Made by a program: the position numbers and the translations under genes. 32,818 nucleotides of DNA from assembly GCA_045606165.1 (NCBI GenBank), contig JAZURK010000068.1, forward strand, positions 1 to 32,818, written 5' to 3'. Numbering within the stretch: position 1 is the stretch's first letter; the number at the start of each line of letters is the position of its first letter. This stretch comes from Christensenellaceae bacterium. GTDB taxonomy: Bacteria > Bacillota > Clostridia > Christensenellales > Borkfalkiaceae. Positions 7,764-16,743 of the stretch are shown one piece after another. The notes beneath the pieces were generated by a model. That model did no database searches. It saw only the letters and a program-made list of their open reading frames with translations, and was not told where the DNA came from.

Positions 7764-9646
7764 TACTCTTTCTCCTCAAAATGCAATACTAAATGCAAAT
7801 CGTTAGGACGCGGTTCATTTTCCAACACGTACTCTTTAAACCCATACTTATAGTAAACACTCAATGCTTTTTCGTTTGTTTTAGTAGTATATAAATGAAT
7901 ACCGTTAACGCCTGATTTTTTGCTTGCTTCAATAAACTCTTTAAGTAATGCACTTGCTAAACCTTGGCCCCTGCATTCACTTTTAGTTGCTAAAATAGAT
8001 ACGTAAGCTAAATTATTTTCGGTATTTTTTGCGTACCCTGCAATCATAGCAACTATTTTTCCGTCTTTTATTTTAGGAATAACTAATCCTTTTGATTCTA
8101 ACTTTTTAGAATATTCTTTTAAGTCAACTTTAGTCGATAATGGTATTGGGAAATCTTTATCAACTGATTTTAAAAATCCCTCTATAGTGTTAGCCGTTAT
8201 TTTAATGGTATTTTTCTTGAATAAACCTTTTAATACTTTAATCATATATTCAAAACTTTCAAACTTAAATAATTTTGCGCCTGCAACGTAAATTACAACG
8301 CCAAGCGGTACTTGGATTAAAAGGGTTAAAATATCAGGTAAACCTATAAACGTTACAAAAAATACTATTGCGCCCATTACCGCCGAAAGTAGCATAGACG
8401 GGAACATATCTTTTATTTGTTCAAAATAATTATAGTTTAAAAGTTTCCTATTAGGTAAAGCGTTAATAAAACTTGATGCTATAGTTGATAATAATAAACT
8501 ATACGCCATAGCCATTACGCCAAACCACATTGACGCTAAAAGTAAAACTATCCCAACCGTCTTTTTAGCAATTTCAAGTTTTAAAAAGATATCACTTCTT
8601 CCCATTGCTTTAATCGCGTTAAGGTTAGCCGTATGTATAGGATAAAACGCGTAAGTAAAACAGAAAATTCTTAAGTATGGAACGCAAAATAACCATTTTT
8701 CAGTAAGAAGTAACCTAATTAACGGCTCGGCGCAAACGCCTAAACCAACCATGCACGGCCATAAGATAAAAGAACTTATTTTTATAGCCCTGCGCGTCAT
8801 AGATTTTAAAACTTCTTTATTTGACTGTTCTTTAGAAAGAGTAGGCAATAAAACGCTATCTATTGATAAATTTATATTCGTAATTAAAAGTTTAGGAAAT
8901 TGGTCGCCTTTATTATAGAAGGCCAAATCTTCAGTTGAATATTTTTTACCAATAATAAGTTGGCGTATATCTTTATATATCGTATCAATCAATTTAGAAA
9001 CTAATAATTTCCAACCGAAAGAAAATAAGCCTTTTAATCTTTCAAAAGAGAAAAGAAGTTTAGGTCTCCACTTAACAGTTACCCAAAGTATAAGCGTTCC
9101 TACGAAAAGATTAAATAAGTTTTGAACTACTAACGCCCAAACGCCATAACCTTTTACTGCCATAATTATTCCTACTACGGCGGAAGATATAGTAGCGCCT
9201 ATCGTAGAATAAAAGAACTTTTTAAACAACATATTCTTTGAAATGTAGGCTTGTTGAACGTTTTTAAGTGCAGAAATTATAAGCGTTATACCTAATACTC
9301 TAATAATAGGAGTTAAAGTAGGTTCTTCATAAAATAACGCAATTAACGGAGCAGTAAAAAACAACAGTAAATAAAGCACGGTACACATTGCGATATTAAA
9401 ATAAAATACCGTTGAAAAGTCAATTTCGTCCGCATCTTTTTTTTGTATTAACGAAGTGCCAAGTCCACTATCTATAAATACTTGCAAAATTGTAATAATT
9501 ACGGTAACTAATGCGATAGTACCATAAACAGTAGGGTCTAAAAGACGCGCCAAAACAATTGATACTACGAAAGTAACAAGTTGAGCACCCGAGCGTTCTA
9601 AAAAACGCCATATGAAGTTGGATAAAAAGGATTTTTGATTGACCAT
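7763..9646 (-). CDS. wzx: Wzx-type (MOP/PST family) polysaccharide flippase fused to a C-terminal GNAT N-acetyltransferase domain
   Basis: 627 aa. Residues 1 to about 480 are a polytopic Polysacc_synt-type protein (FLERSGAQLVTFVVSIVLARLL..., many TM spans). Residues from about 485 (approximately 7766..8200) carry GNAT motif A, ECRGQGLASALLKEFIEASKKSG...LYT...NEKALSVYYKYGFKE. It is a single uninterrupted ORF. Confidence 0.8.
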   Translation of the reverse strand: MVNQKSFLSNFIWRFLERSGAQLVTFVVSIVLARLLDPTVYGTIALVTVIITILQVFIDSGLGTSLIQKKDADEIDFSTVFYFNIAMCTVLYLLLFFTAPLIALFYEEPTLTPIIRVLGITLIISALKNVQQAYISKNMLFKKFFYSTIGATISSAVVGIIMAVKGYGVWALVVQNLFNLFVGTLILWVTVKWRPKLLFSFERLKGLFSFGWKLLVSKLIDTIYKDIRQLIIGKKYSTEDLAFYNKGDQFPKLLITNINLSIDSVLLPTLSKEQSNKEVLKSMTRRAIKISSFILWPCMVGLGVCAEPLIRLLLTEKWLFCVPYLRIFCFTYAFYPIHTANLNAIKAMGRSDIFLKLEIAKKTVGIVLLLASMWFGVMAMAYSLLLSTIASSFINALPNRKLLNYNYFEQIKDMFPSMLLSAVMGAIVFFVTFIGLPDILTLLIQVPLGVVIYVAGAKLFKFESFEYMIKVLKGLFKKNTIKITANTIEGFLKSVDKDFPIPLSTKVDLKEYSKKLESKGLVIPKIKDGKIVAMIAGYAKNTENNLAYVSILATKSECRGQGLASALLKEFIEASKKSGVNGIHLYTTKTNEKALSVYYKYGFKEYVLENEPRPNDLHLVLHFEEKE

Positions 9647-9655
9647 TATTTGCCT

Positions 9656-10600
9656 TTATTTATTTCTTGTTTTTTCTAAAAATGGGAAATACGCTTTTAA
9701 TCTAATTTTAATTCGATATTTTAGCGGATATTTTTTAAGGAATTTTTTATACTCTTTAGCAAGCATTTTTTTATATTCGTTTAAACGCTGTACTTTTTCA
9801 AATTCAAAAAGTAAAATTCTTTCATTAATCGTAGAATTATAGGCGTAATTAGTGTCAACGTTCAAAATTTTAAGCATATTGCACAATTTATCCGTATGTT
9901 TAACAAATCTATCGTTATCCTTAGACATTCTACTAGTCCAAGAACCTTTGGCAAGCACTCTATACGAAGACATATTGTCTTTTAAAAACAACATACCCCC
10001 GCGTAAAGAACCTAAAATTTGCAAGGTGTAATCTAATTTTAAAAATTGTCTAAAAGGTGGAGGATTTTCCATTAATTCTCTTCTATACATCAAAGAATTA
10101 GTAGCAACGAATCCCCCGCTACCCATAATAACTTGTTCTATAGGAAATATCGTATCTTCTTTTGACGGTTGAATTATCCCCGTTTCTTCTTTAGTTAACG
10201 CGTTTATACGGCTTGCAGTATGCGCGCACATATCAATTTCTGGGTGCGATTCTAACGCATCGTATTGTTTTTGAAGTTTATAAGGGTCAGTCCAAAAATC
10301 ATCGCCTTCACAAACTGCAATATATATGCCTTTTGCCCTAGGAAATTGATAGGTATCCCCTATAGCAATTTTTTGAGAGTACTGATTAACAGTTTGATAG
10401 ATAGGCTTTATAATGTCGGGGTATTTTTCTTCATATTCCCTTATAATATTTGCCGTATTATCGGTAGACGCGTCGTCGTGAACCAACACTTCAAACTTGA
10501 AATTCGTTTTTTGCATTAAAAAACTATCAAGCGCATCTTTAATATAATCTTCGTGATTAAAAGCGTTACAAATAACACTTACAGCAATATTTTCATCCAT
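9656..10600 (-). CDS. Family 2 glycosyltransferase
   Basis: 314 aa. VSVICNAFNHEDYIKDALDSFLMQ...EVLVHDDASTDNT and the acidic motif CEGDDFW. Confidence 0.85.
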   Translation of the reverse strand: MDENIAVSVICNAFNHEDYIKDALDSFLMQKTNFKFEVLVHDDASTDNTANIIREYEEKYPDIIKPIYQTVNQYSQKIAIGDTYQFPRAKGIYIAVCEGDDFWTDPYKLQKQYDALESHPEIDMCAHTASRINALTKEETGIIQPSKEDTIFPIEQVIMGSGGFVATNSLMYRRELMENPPPFRQFLKLDYTLQILGSLRGGMLFLKDNMSSYRVLAKGSWTSRMSKDNDRFVKHTDKLCNMLKILNVDTNYAYNSTINERILLFEFEKVQRLNEYKKMLAKEYKKFLKKYPLKYRIKIRLKAYFPFLEKTRNK

Positions 10601-10622
10601 TTTACACCTTTTATCTTAATTT

Positions 10623-11747
10623 TCATACCCCGTATATTTCTGTTAATTTATTAAGAATAGTACCCACGTCGTATTTTGATAATCCATTATATTCAACAGG
10701 TTTTTTCTTATAATTTAAAATCGTTTCAGCCCATTTATCCGCCCCGATATCAAGTGAAAGATAATTTACTAAATTAGAGCAATCAACTTCTTTTGTTACA
10801 GTATCCGAAACAAAACACGGAAGTTCAGCAGACTGCGCTTCAATTAGCGTTAAAGGCAACCCCTCCCAAAGCGACGGAAATAAAAAACAATCAAACGCTG
10901 AAATCAAATCGGAAACGTCTGAACGATTACCTAAAAAGGAAACGCTACTATCTAAAGACAAATCCTTTACCTTTTTTTGAATTTTCTTCTTGAGTTCTCC
11001 TTCGCCAGCCAATACTAATCGAGTATTTTCGTTCTTACTATGAATAGCCGAAAACACGTCAATAATAAAACTGTGGTTTTTAGGTTGGGTAAATCTACCT
11101 ACGTGCCCAACAACTAAAGTATTATCATCCACCTTTAATTCTTCACGATAAACGGCTCGTTTTTGAGCATTTGGCGTAAAAGATTTAGTGTCGACGCAAT
11201 TATATAAAACTTCTACTTTGGTATCCTCACCAAAATATTTTTTTACCTTAAAAACAAAGTTCGAGTCAAGCGCAAAAAAAGTAATTTTATTAAATTTATG
11301 AATCTTTTTAACGGCGTCTATTTCTTTTAAATTCTTACCATCTCCCCAATATTTATCTGGGTCGCTATGTACGGTATAAAAAAGTTTCGAATCCTTCAAT
11401 TCTTTAATTGCCGAAACTATCATTTGCCCAACGTGAAGGTGGCAATGTACGACACTTGGTTTTTCCTTTTTGAAATAATTTTTTACGGCTTTACGCCAAC
11501 GAAATGAATCGATAATATGCCCTATCTTACCTTTAATTCTACTTTTTTTATATAATTCACCTAAAAAAGTAACGTTAACACCCTTTTCAAGTAAAACTTT
11601 TTCAAACAAAGTATCGCTACGAACACCCATAACAAAAGCCTTAAAATCATACTTTTCGGCATCGTAATTAAGAAGATAATTTTTAACGAGTGACTCTGCC
11701 CCACCTGTACGCAATGATGGAATAACTTGAACTATTTTAGGTTTCAT
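10623..11747 (-). CDS. GT4-family (GT-B) glycosyltransferase
   Basis: 374 aa. N-terminal GGAESLV and C-terminal E-x7-E region PSLWEGLPLTLIEAQSAELPCFVSD. ATGA overlap with wzy. Confidence 0.85.
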   Translation of the reverse strand: MKPKIVQVIPSLRTGGAESLVKNYLLNYDAEKYDFKAFVMGVRSDTLFEKVLLEKGVNVTFLGELYKKSRIKGKIGHIIDSFRWRKAVKNYFKKEKPSVVHCHLHVGQMIVSAIKELKDSKLFYTVHSDPDKYWGDGKNLKEIDAVKKIHKFNKITFFALDSNFVFKVKKYFGEDTKVEVLYNCVDTKSFTPNAQKRAVYREELKVDDNTLVVGHVGRFTQPKNHSFIIDVFSAIHSKNENTRLVLAGEGELKKKIQKKVKDLSLDSSVSFLGNRSDVSDLISAFDCFLFPSLWEGLPLTLIEAQSAELPCFVSDTVTKEVDCSNLVNYLSLDIGADKWAETILNYKKKPVEYNGLSKYDVGTILNKLTEIYGV

Positions 11748-13033
11748 TGTTTATACTCCGAATCAGGAATTTTCATACATAAAATTGCTATGGCATAAGG
11801 CAACATTAAGTTAGTTGGATTCAAAAACTGAATAGTTTGAATAAACATAACTACCGCTAATACAGGCAATAATTTATTAAATGTAAATTTATTTTTCTTA
11901 AAATGATTAAGTATAGGTGAAATAAACACTATAAGCATAGGAATAAATCCTAGTATTCCGTATGACACTAAAATTTGTTGCACCCCGTTATGCATAGAGT
12001 GGCTTAAATCACAAACTTGTCTATAAAAAACTGAACCCGTACCAAAAATCAATCGTAACGGATTATCCCATAAAAACTGCATATATTCCCAAAAGATATT
12101 AGTTCTACCGGTAGCAGTAGCCATGTTATCTTCTTCAAAACGCATTAAGAAAGCATCGAATATCTGCGTTTCTTGTTGTAAGTACGGTATAACTATCACC
12201 AATACTAACACAACGCCAATTACGTATTTAATCTTTTGCTTAAAGTTACGACTGAATATTAAAGCTAAAACTAACAATATAGTTAGAATGATAATAAAGG
12301 TTCTTGAAACGGTAAATAATGAGATAATCGTTAAAAACACTATTGCTGTTATTAATAATATTTTACCGCCTAATTTAACGTTTTTTAAACAAGTTAAAGC
12401 AATTGCTATAGCAACTATAGCATAATAAGCCATAGCATTAGCGTTTTCAGTTACGATAGCAACGTTTGTTACGTCTCCTGCACCTTCGTACTTACCTATT
12501 CTTACAACGCCGGATAAAACCAATTCCAATGAATTATTTTGAACAGCCGTTGTAAAAATACAAAGCAATAACACCACCGTACCACATACGTACGAAATAC
12601 AAGCAGGTTTTGGAGATATATCATCAGTATTAGCCATATACAATAATAAAAATATTGCAAGCGTGTACACGATAATTAGGTTTATTTGATTAAGTCCTAT
12701 AACCGCCATCATAATAATTTCATATAATATAATGACAAGAAGTGGTATTAAAATTTTAAAATCATATTTTTTAGATTTTACTAAAATCATTAAAACGGCG
12801 TACCCGTATATATATAAACCGGTAATACCAGAATGCAAAGGAATTAAAAAACATATTGCGCATATTATGGATTGTATAGGCATTACAGTAAAAGCAACTA
12901 AACATATCGCGTCTGTAATTTTACTAGTATTTACCGTCATAATATTTCCGACGTAAATAACGATACCAAGTATCGCTATAGTAAATATCGTTAAAATTGA
13001 CGAATTAGAAAATTTTAATTTATCCGTTTTCAT
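11744..13033 (-). CDS. wzy: Wzy-type repeat-unit polymerase / O-antigen-ligase-family membrane protein
   Basis: About 10-12 hydrophobic spans and the most AT-rich gene of the locus. Has a large loop with RTFIIIL...H-containing segments typical of the Wzy_C region, and its position among GTs fits. The start is set at ATG 13033 (SD GGAGAG, GTGATGA overlap with the upstream stop) rather than the track TTG at 13048. Confidence 0.7.
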   Translation of the reverse strand: MKTDKLKFSNSSILTIFTIAILGIVIYVGNIMTVNTSKITDAICLVAFTVMPIQSIICAICFLIPLHSGITGLYIYGYAVLMILVKSKKYDFKILIPLLVIILYEIIMMAVIGLNQINLIIVYTLAIFLLLYMANTDDISPKPACISYVCGTVVLLLCIFTTAVQNNSLELVLSGVVRIGKYEGAGDVTNVAIVTENANAMAYYAIVAIAIALTCLKNVKLGGKILLITAIVFLTIISLFTVSRTFIIILTILLVLALIFSRNFKQKIKYVIGVVLVLVIVIPYLQQETQIFDAFLMRFEEDNMATATGRTNIFWEYMQFLWDNPLRLIFGTGSVFYRQVCDLSHSMHNGVQQILVSYGILGFIPMLIVFISPILNHFKKNKFTFNKLLPVLAVVMFIQTIQFLNPTNLMLPYAIAILCMKIPDSEYKQ

Positions 13034-14118
13034 CACTTTCTCTCCCAAATACAGTTAACGTATTGCTCCCATTTATCAATTATTACTTGCAATTCAGCGC
13101 GTTTTCTTATATTAAACGCCTCTTTCCCTACGGCAAGCGCTTTGTCGTAATTGCTTAAAATACTATCCATACGACTAGCGAGCGCATCTACGTCACCGCA
13201 AGGCACTAAATAGCCGTTTTTACCATCTTCAATTAATTCTTCCGCACCGCCTGGCGAACACCTTGTAGATACGCATGGAAGTCCTAAAGCCATTGCCTCT
13301 AAAAGAGCATTTGGCAAGCCTTCGTAATCGGAAGTTAAGGCAAATAATGATGCGTCAAGTATATCTTTAAATATAGTAGAACTATTACCCATAAACTTAA
13401 CGCGATTTGTTAACCCACAAGAATCAATCCTTTCTTGTAAACCTTCAATCATATCCCCTTTACCATATAATTCAAGGCTGTAATCCTTATGCTTATCGGC
13501 AATTTTTATAAATGCATCAACTAAAACGTCCGGGCGTTTTTCTATACGAATACGTCCAACGCTAACTATAACTTTACGGCGTTCTCCTTCATAGTAGTCA
13601 GGCATAGAAGAAGTGTCTAAAGGATTTAAAATAACTACGGAATTTTTACGTATCTTTTTAGGGTATAAATTCTTTGCGCCTTCCGTTTGAAAAACCACGT
13701 TTTTAACGTTTTTAAGCATTACCCTTTGCAATAATTTATCACTAAAACTTTTTAAATAACGCCTTGGGTCACTTCTTTCTGAAAAGATAAGTGGAAGTTT
13801 CATTTTTTTACAAACGATAGAAACGAGAGCGCAAACGGTATTAGCAAAACATAAAACTATATCCGTATTGGATTTTTTAAAAAAATCTTCTATGTTTTTT
13901 AAAGAATTTTTATATCCACTAATAGAACGAATACCGTAAGATTGAACGTGACTAACCTTTACGCGCGAATCTAATTTGTAAAGTACCTCTTGCGGTGTGG
14001 AGTTGAAAATACCAAGCGAAACAGTATGACCTTTTTCTATAAATCCTTTAGAAAGAATAGAAATAACCCTTTCAGCTCCACCAATCCGCATTCCAGGGAC
14101 TATAAAAGAAATATTCAA
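13033..14118 (-). CDS. GT4-family glycosyltransferase
   Basis: 361 aa. MNISFIVPGMRIGGAERV and SDYEGLPNALLEAMALGLPCVST...GKNGYLV. TTG start preceded by SD GGAGG at 7 nt. Confidence 0.85.
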   Translation of the reverse strand: MNISFIVPGMRIGGAERVISILSKGFIEKGHTVSLGIFNSTPQEVLYKLDSRVKVSHVQSYGIRSISGYKNSLKNIEDFFKKSNTDIVLCFANTVCALVSIVCKKMKLPLIFSERSDPRRYLKSFSDKLLQRVMLKNVKNVVFQTEGAKNLYPKKIRKNSVVILNPLDTSSMPDYYEGERRKVIVSVGRIRIEKRPDVLVDAFIKIADKHKDYSLELYGKGDMIEGLQERIDSCGLTNRVKFMGNSSTIFKDILDASLFALTSDYEGLPNALLEAMALGLPCVSTRCSPGGAEELIEDGKNGYLVPCGDVDALASRMDSILSNYDKALAVGKEAFNIRKRAELQVIIDKWEQYVNCIWERK

Positions 14119-14155
14119 AACTAACCTCCAAAAATAAAACTATAACAAAAAACCT

Positions 14156-14692
14156 TTAAATATCAAACCCGATACGCGTTTCACTTAACACTTCGTACAT
14201 TTTAGCTTTTTCTTGTTCAGTTTTTTTAGCGTAATGAGTATTCCAAACGTTATTTTCGTTCATCATTGCTTTATTTTTTTCTAAATACTTTGAAGCCGAA
14301 CCGATAACCCTTGCAGGATTGCCAACGACTACCGAGTCTTCAGGAATATCTTTTGCAATTACCGCACCAGCGCCGATTATCGAATTTTTACCGATAGTTA
14401 CGCCAGGTAAAATTATTACCCCTGCACCAACGAATACGTTATCTTCAATGGTAACGCGACCAACACGGCTATAACCAAGCGCTTGTTTCGTACTGCCGTC
14501 GTGCGCTAAAATTTTAGCGTTTGATAATACTACGTTATTTCCAAGGGTAATTAAAAAACCGTGATTTACATCAATATCCCTTGTCCAAATAGTGCAGTTT
14601 TCGCCACATTTAACACCGTATTTTCTTAACTCATTAACGGTGTAAGGGCCTTTTAAAATTAACCCTTTAATTTTATTTAATAACTTTTTCAT
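14156..14692 (-). CDS. Left-handed beta-helix (hexapeptide-repeat) acetyltransferase, maltose/galactoside O-acetyltransferase-like
   Basis: 178 aa. Tandem hexapeptide repeats: IEDNVFVGAGVIILPGVTIGKNSIIGAGAVIAKDIPEDSVVVGNPARVIG. Confidence 0.85.
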   Translation of the reverse strand: MKKLLNKIKGLILKGPYTVNELRKYGVKCGENCTIWTRDIDVNHGFLITLGNNVVLSNAKILAHDGSTKQALGYSRVGRVTIEDNVFVGAGVIILPGVTIGKNSIIGAGAVIAKDIPEDSVVVGNPARVIGSASKYLEKNKAMMNENNVWNTHYAKKTEQEKAKMYEVLSETRIGFDI

Positions 14693-14718
14693 ACTGATTT
14701 CCCCAACAATATCAAAAC

Positions 14719-15891
14719 TTATTTTACAATCAATTCTTTAATTTTTTCAATACTGCGAATATTTGTATAATCGTAATTCTCAAGATTTTGCTTGTACTGT
14801 TTTATTAACTCTCTATTAGAAAGTAATTTATCAAAAGCATTTTTAAGCCCTTCTTCGCTATTTTCACAAATCAAACCGAAATCATCTAAAACCATTTCTT
14901 TAGCGGAAATATTTTCAGTAGTGAAAATAGGTGCTTTGCAAATCATTGCCTCACCGTAAACCATAGGAGCAGCCTCTGCCAACGACGCTAATATATATAA
15001 ATCACAATTTTTCATATACGGATACGGATTATCTATTGCACCTAATAATATCACTTGATTATCAAGTCCAAGTTCAATAATTAAACGTTCACATTCCGCC
15101 CTATCTCCACCGTCACCTGCAATATACCAAACAACGTCGGGGTTGTTTTTTAATACGGGCGCAAACGCTTTAATAGAGCGTGGTACTGCCTTTTGTCCAG
15201 TTAAACGATTAGCGCTAAAACAATTTAATTTATTTTTATAAAACTTGACTTGTGGCTCCATCTTTAAAAGGAGTTTTATTTTTTCTACGTCGTGAAAGTT
15301 ATAACAATAATCTATTTTGTTTGCTATTTCAGGGTGTGCTAAAGCAAAATCATTAGCCGTGGATTTAGATACGCAAACTATCTTATCCATTTTTTTCATA
15401 TACTTTAAGTTTTTCCTATCATCAAACGAAGCAAATTCGCGAGCCAAATGGATCCAACCTATTTTAACGGGAGCGTCAGTCTTTTTATAAACGAAACGGT
15501 AAAACCCGCTAACGGTTGCTTTTGGCGAATCTTCTTGGTGGAAGGCAATTGCGACGTCGTAACCTTTTAACTTTTTTTGAAAAAGCAAGGCAAACCAAAT
15601 AGAAAACCTGTTGGTAAACACACGGTCGAAAATACCCGTTAATATTCTTAAAGCATAGGTGAACAAACCCTTTTTTTTGGCTTCGTTAGCCGTCATACCG
15701 TGAAGTTTCATTAAATAACACGGTTCTATAACCTTTACATCCGAGGGGAAACGGTTTTTTAACGTTCCTTCGTTATTAAACATTAAAACTTCTATCTCGT
15801 GCTTATCTTTAAGTTCCTTTACCATATTGATAAGCGACGTTTGTATCCCACCTACGGCAAAGGATTTATCTACGATAAGTATTTTTGCCAT
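14719..15891 (-). CDS. GT4-family glycosyltransferase
   Basis: 390 aa. N-terminal VGGIQTSLINM and C-terminal LASLAEAAPMVYGEAMICKAPIFTT region with GT-B architecture. Confidence 0.75.
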   Translation of the reverse strand: MAKILIVDKSFAVGGIQTSLINMVKELKDKHEIEVLMFNNEGTLKNRFPSDVKVIEPCYLMKLHGMTANEAKKKGLFTYALRILTGIFDRVFTNRFSIWFALLFQKKLKGYDVAIAFHQEDSPKATVSGFYRFVYKKTDAPVKIGWIHLAREFASFDDRKNLKYMKKMDKIVCVSKSTANDFALAHPEIANKIDYCYNFHDVEKIKLLLKMEPQVKFYKNKLNCFSANRLTGQKAVPRSIKAFAPVLKNNPDVVWYIAGDGGDRAECERLIIELGLDNQVILLGAIDNPYPYMKNCDLYILASLAEAAPMVYGEAMICKAPIFTTENISAKEMVLDDFGLICENSEEGLKNAFDKLLSNRELIKQYKQNLENYDYTNIRSIEKIKELIVK

Positions 15892-15892
15892 A

Positions 15893-16741
15893 TTATTTTA
15901 CTCCGTCAAAAGAAATAAGTTCAATATTAGCCTTTTTTATGAGTTCTTTTGTTTCGTTTGTCGTAAACATTTCATACTCACGAATTCTTTGATCTACAAT
16001 CTTTCCAAAGTACGGTGAATCGTTTTCTGTTGCCGGGTGAATAACGTATTCGCCGATTTGATTGTTTTTCCAACTGATATTGTTAAACAAATAACTTAAA
16101 TTATTTATATCGTTTTTATTTAAACAAACGATTAATCCGTTTGGTGAGGCAATACCTTTTTTATGCGCGTTACTTTGCCAACAATCAAGCATTTTCGATT
16201 TTAAAGGCTCGGCAATTCTCCACTTTAACGGCATTTTTTGAGATTTGTCACTACCTTTTACGTAAATTCTTTGGTGACTTCTCATTTTATTTATACCAAG
16301 TTCTTTTGCAACGTCTACAAACAAACGGTAAATTTTGAAATCAACGTGAGTGTTTTGGTGGGTATTCCAATAATCAGGTTGACCCATTAATTCATAATAA
16401 AGATTGTATTGCGCGATTAATTCTTTCTTGATATCGGCAAAACTAATTAATTTTTTTCTTAACCTTTTGCGAAATTCTGGATAAGGATAAAACTCTCCCT
16501 TGTCCGAAACAAGAGTGGGAACTTCGCTTGCAGGAAGAACAGGTTTACCGCACGCTAAAACCCAATGAATTCCAACCGAAACGCCTTTTTTATCTTTTAA
16601 TTTTATTGCTTCTTTATATAACGGCATATTGGTCATAACGTTCGTTGTAGTTATAAGCCCTGATTCAATACCAGCGTCAATGGCGTCGTTAACCGCCCTT
16701 GACATACCATAATCATCAGCCGTTATAATTAATTTTTTCAT
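15893..16741 (-). CDS. YdjC/ChbG/HpnK-family carbohydrate deacetylase
   Basis: 282 aa. The N-terminus MKKLIITADDYGMSRAVNDAIDAGIESGLITTTNVMTNMP matches the YdjC signature (ADDFG-S-x-N-x-I ... G-x-T-S-x-M), followed by a downstream GIH and H-x-H-x-D metal-site-like segment. Confidence 0.8.
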   Translation of the reverse strand: MKKLIITADDYGMSRAVNDAIDAGIESGLITTTNVMTNMPLYKEAIKLKDKKGVSVGIHWVLACGKPVLPASEVPTLVSDKGEFYPYPEFRKRLRKKLISFADIKKELIAQYNLYYELMGQPDYWNTHQNTHVDFKIYRLFVDVAKELGINKMRSHQRIYVKGSDKSQKMPLKWRIAEPLKSKMLDCWQSNAHKKGIASPNGLIVCLNKNDINNLSYLFNNISWKNNQIGEYVIHPATENDSPYFGKIVDQRIREYEMFTTNETKELIKKANIELISFDGVK

Positions 16742-16743
16742 GC

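Noticed and set aside
13034-13048. TTG start for wzy at 13048
   Set aside because: The ATG at 13033 has a properly spaced GGAGAG SD and forms the typical ATGA stop/start overlap with the upstream GT gene. The 5-codon extension is unnecessary.
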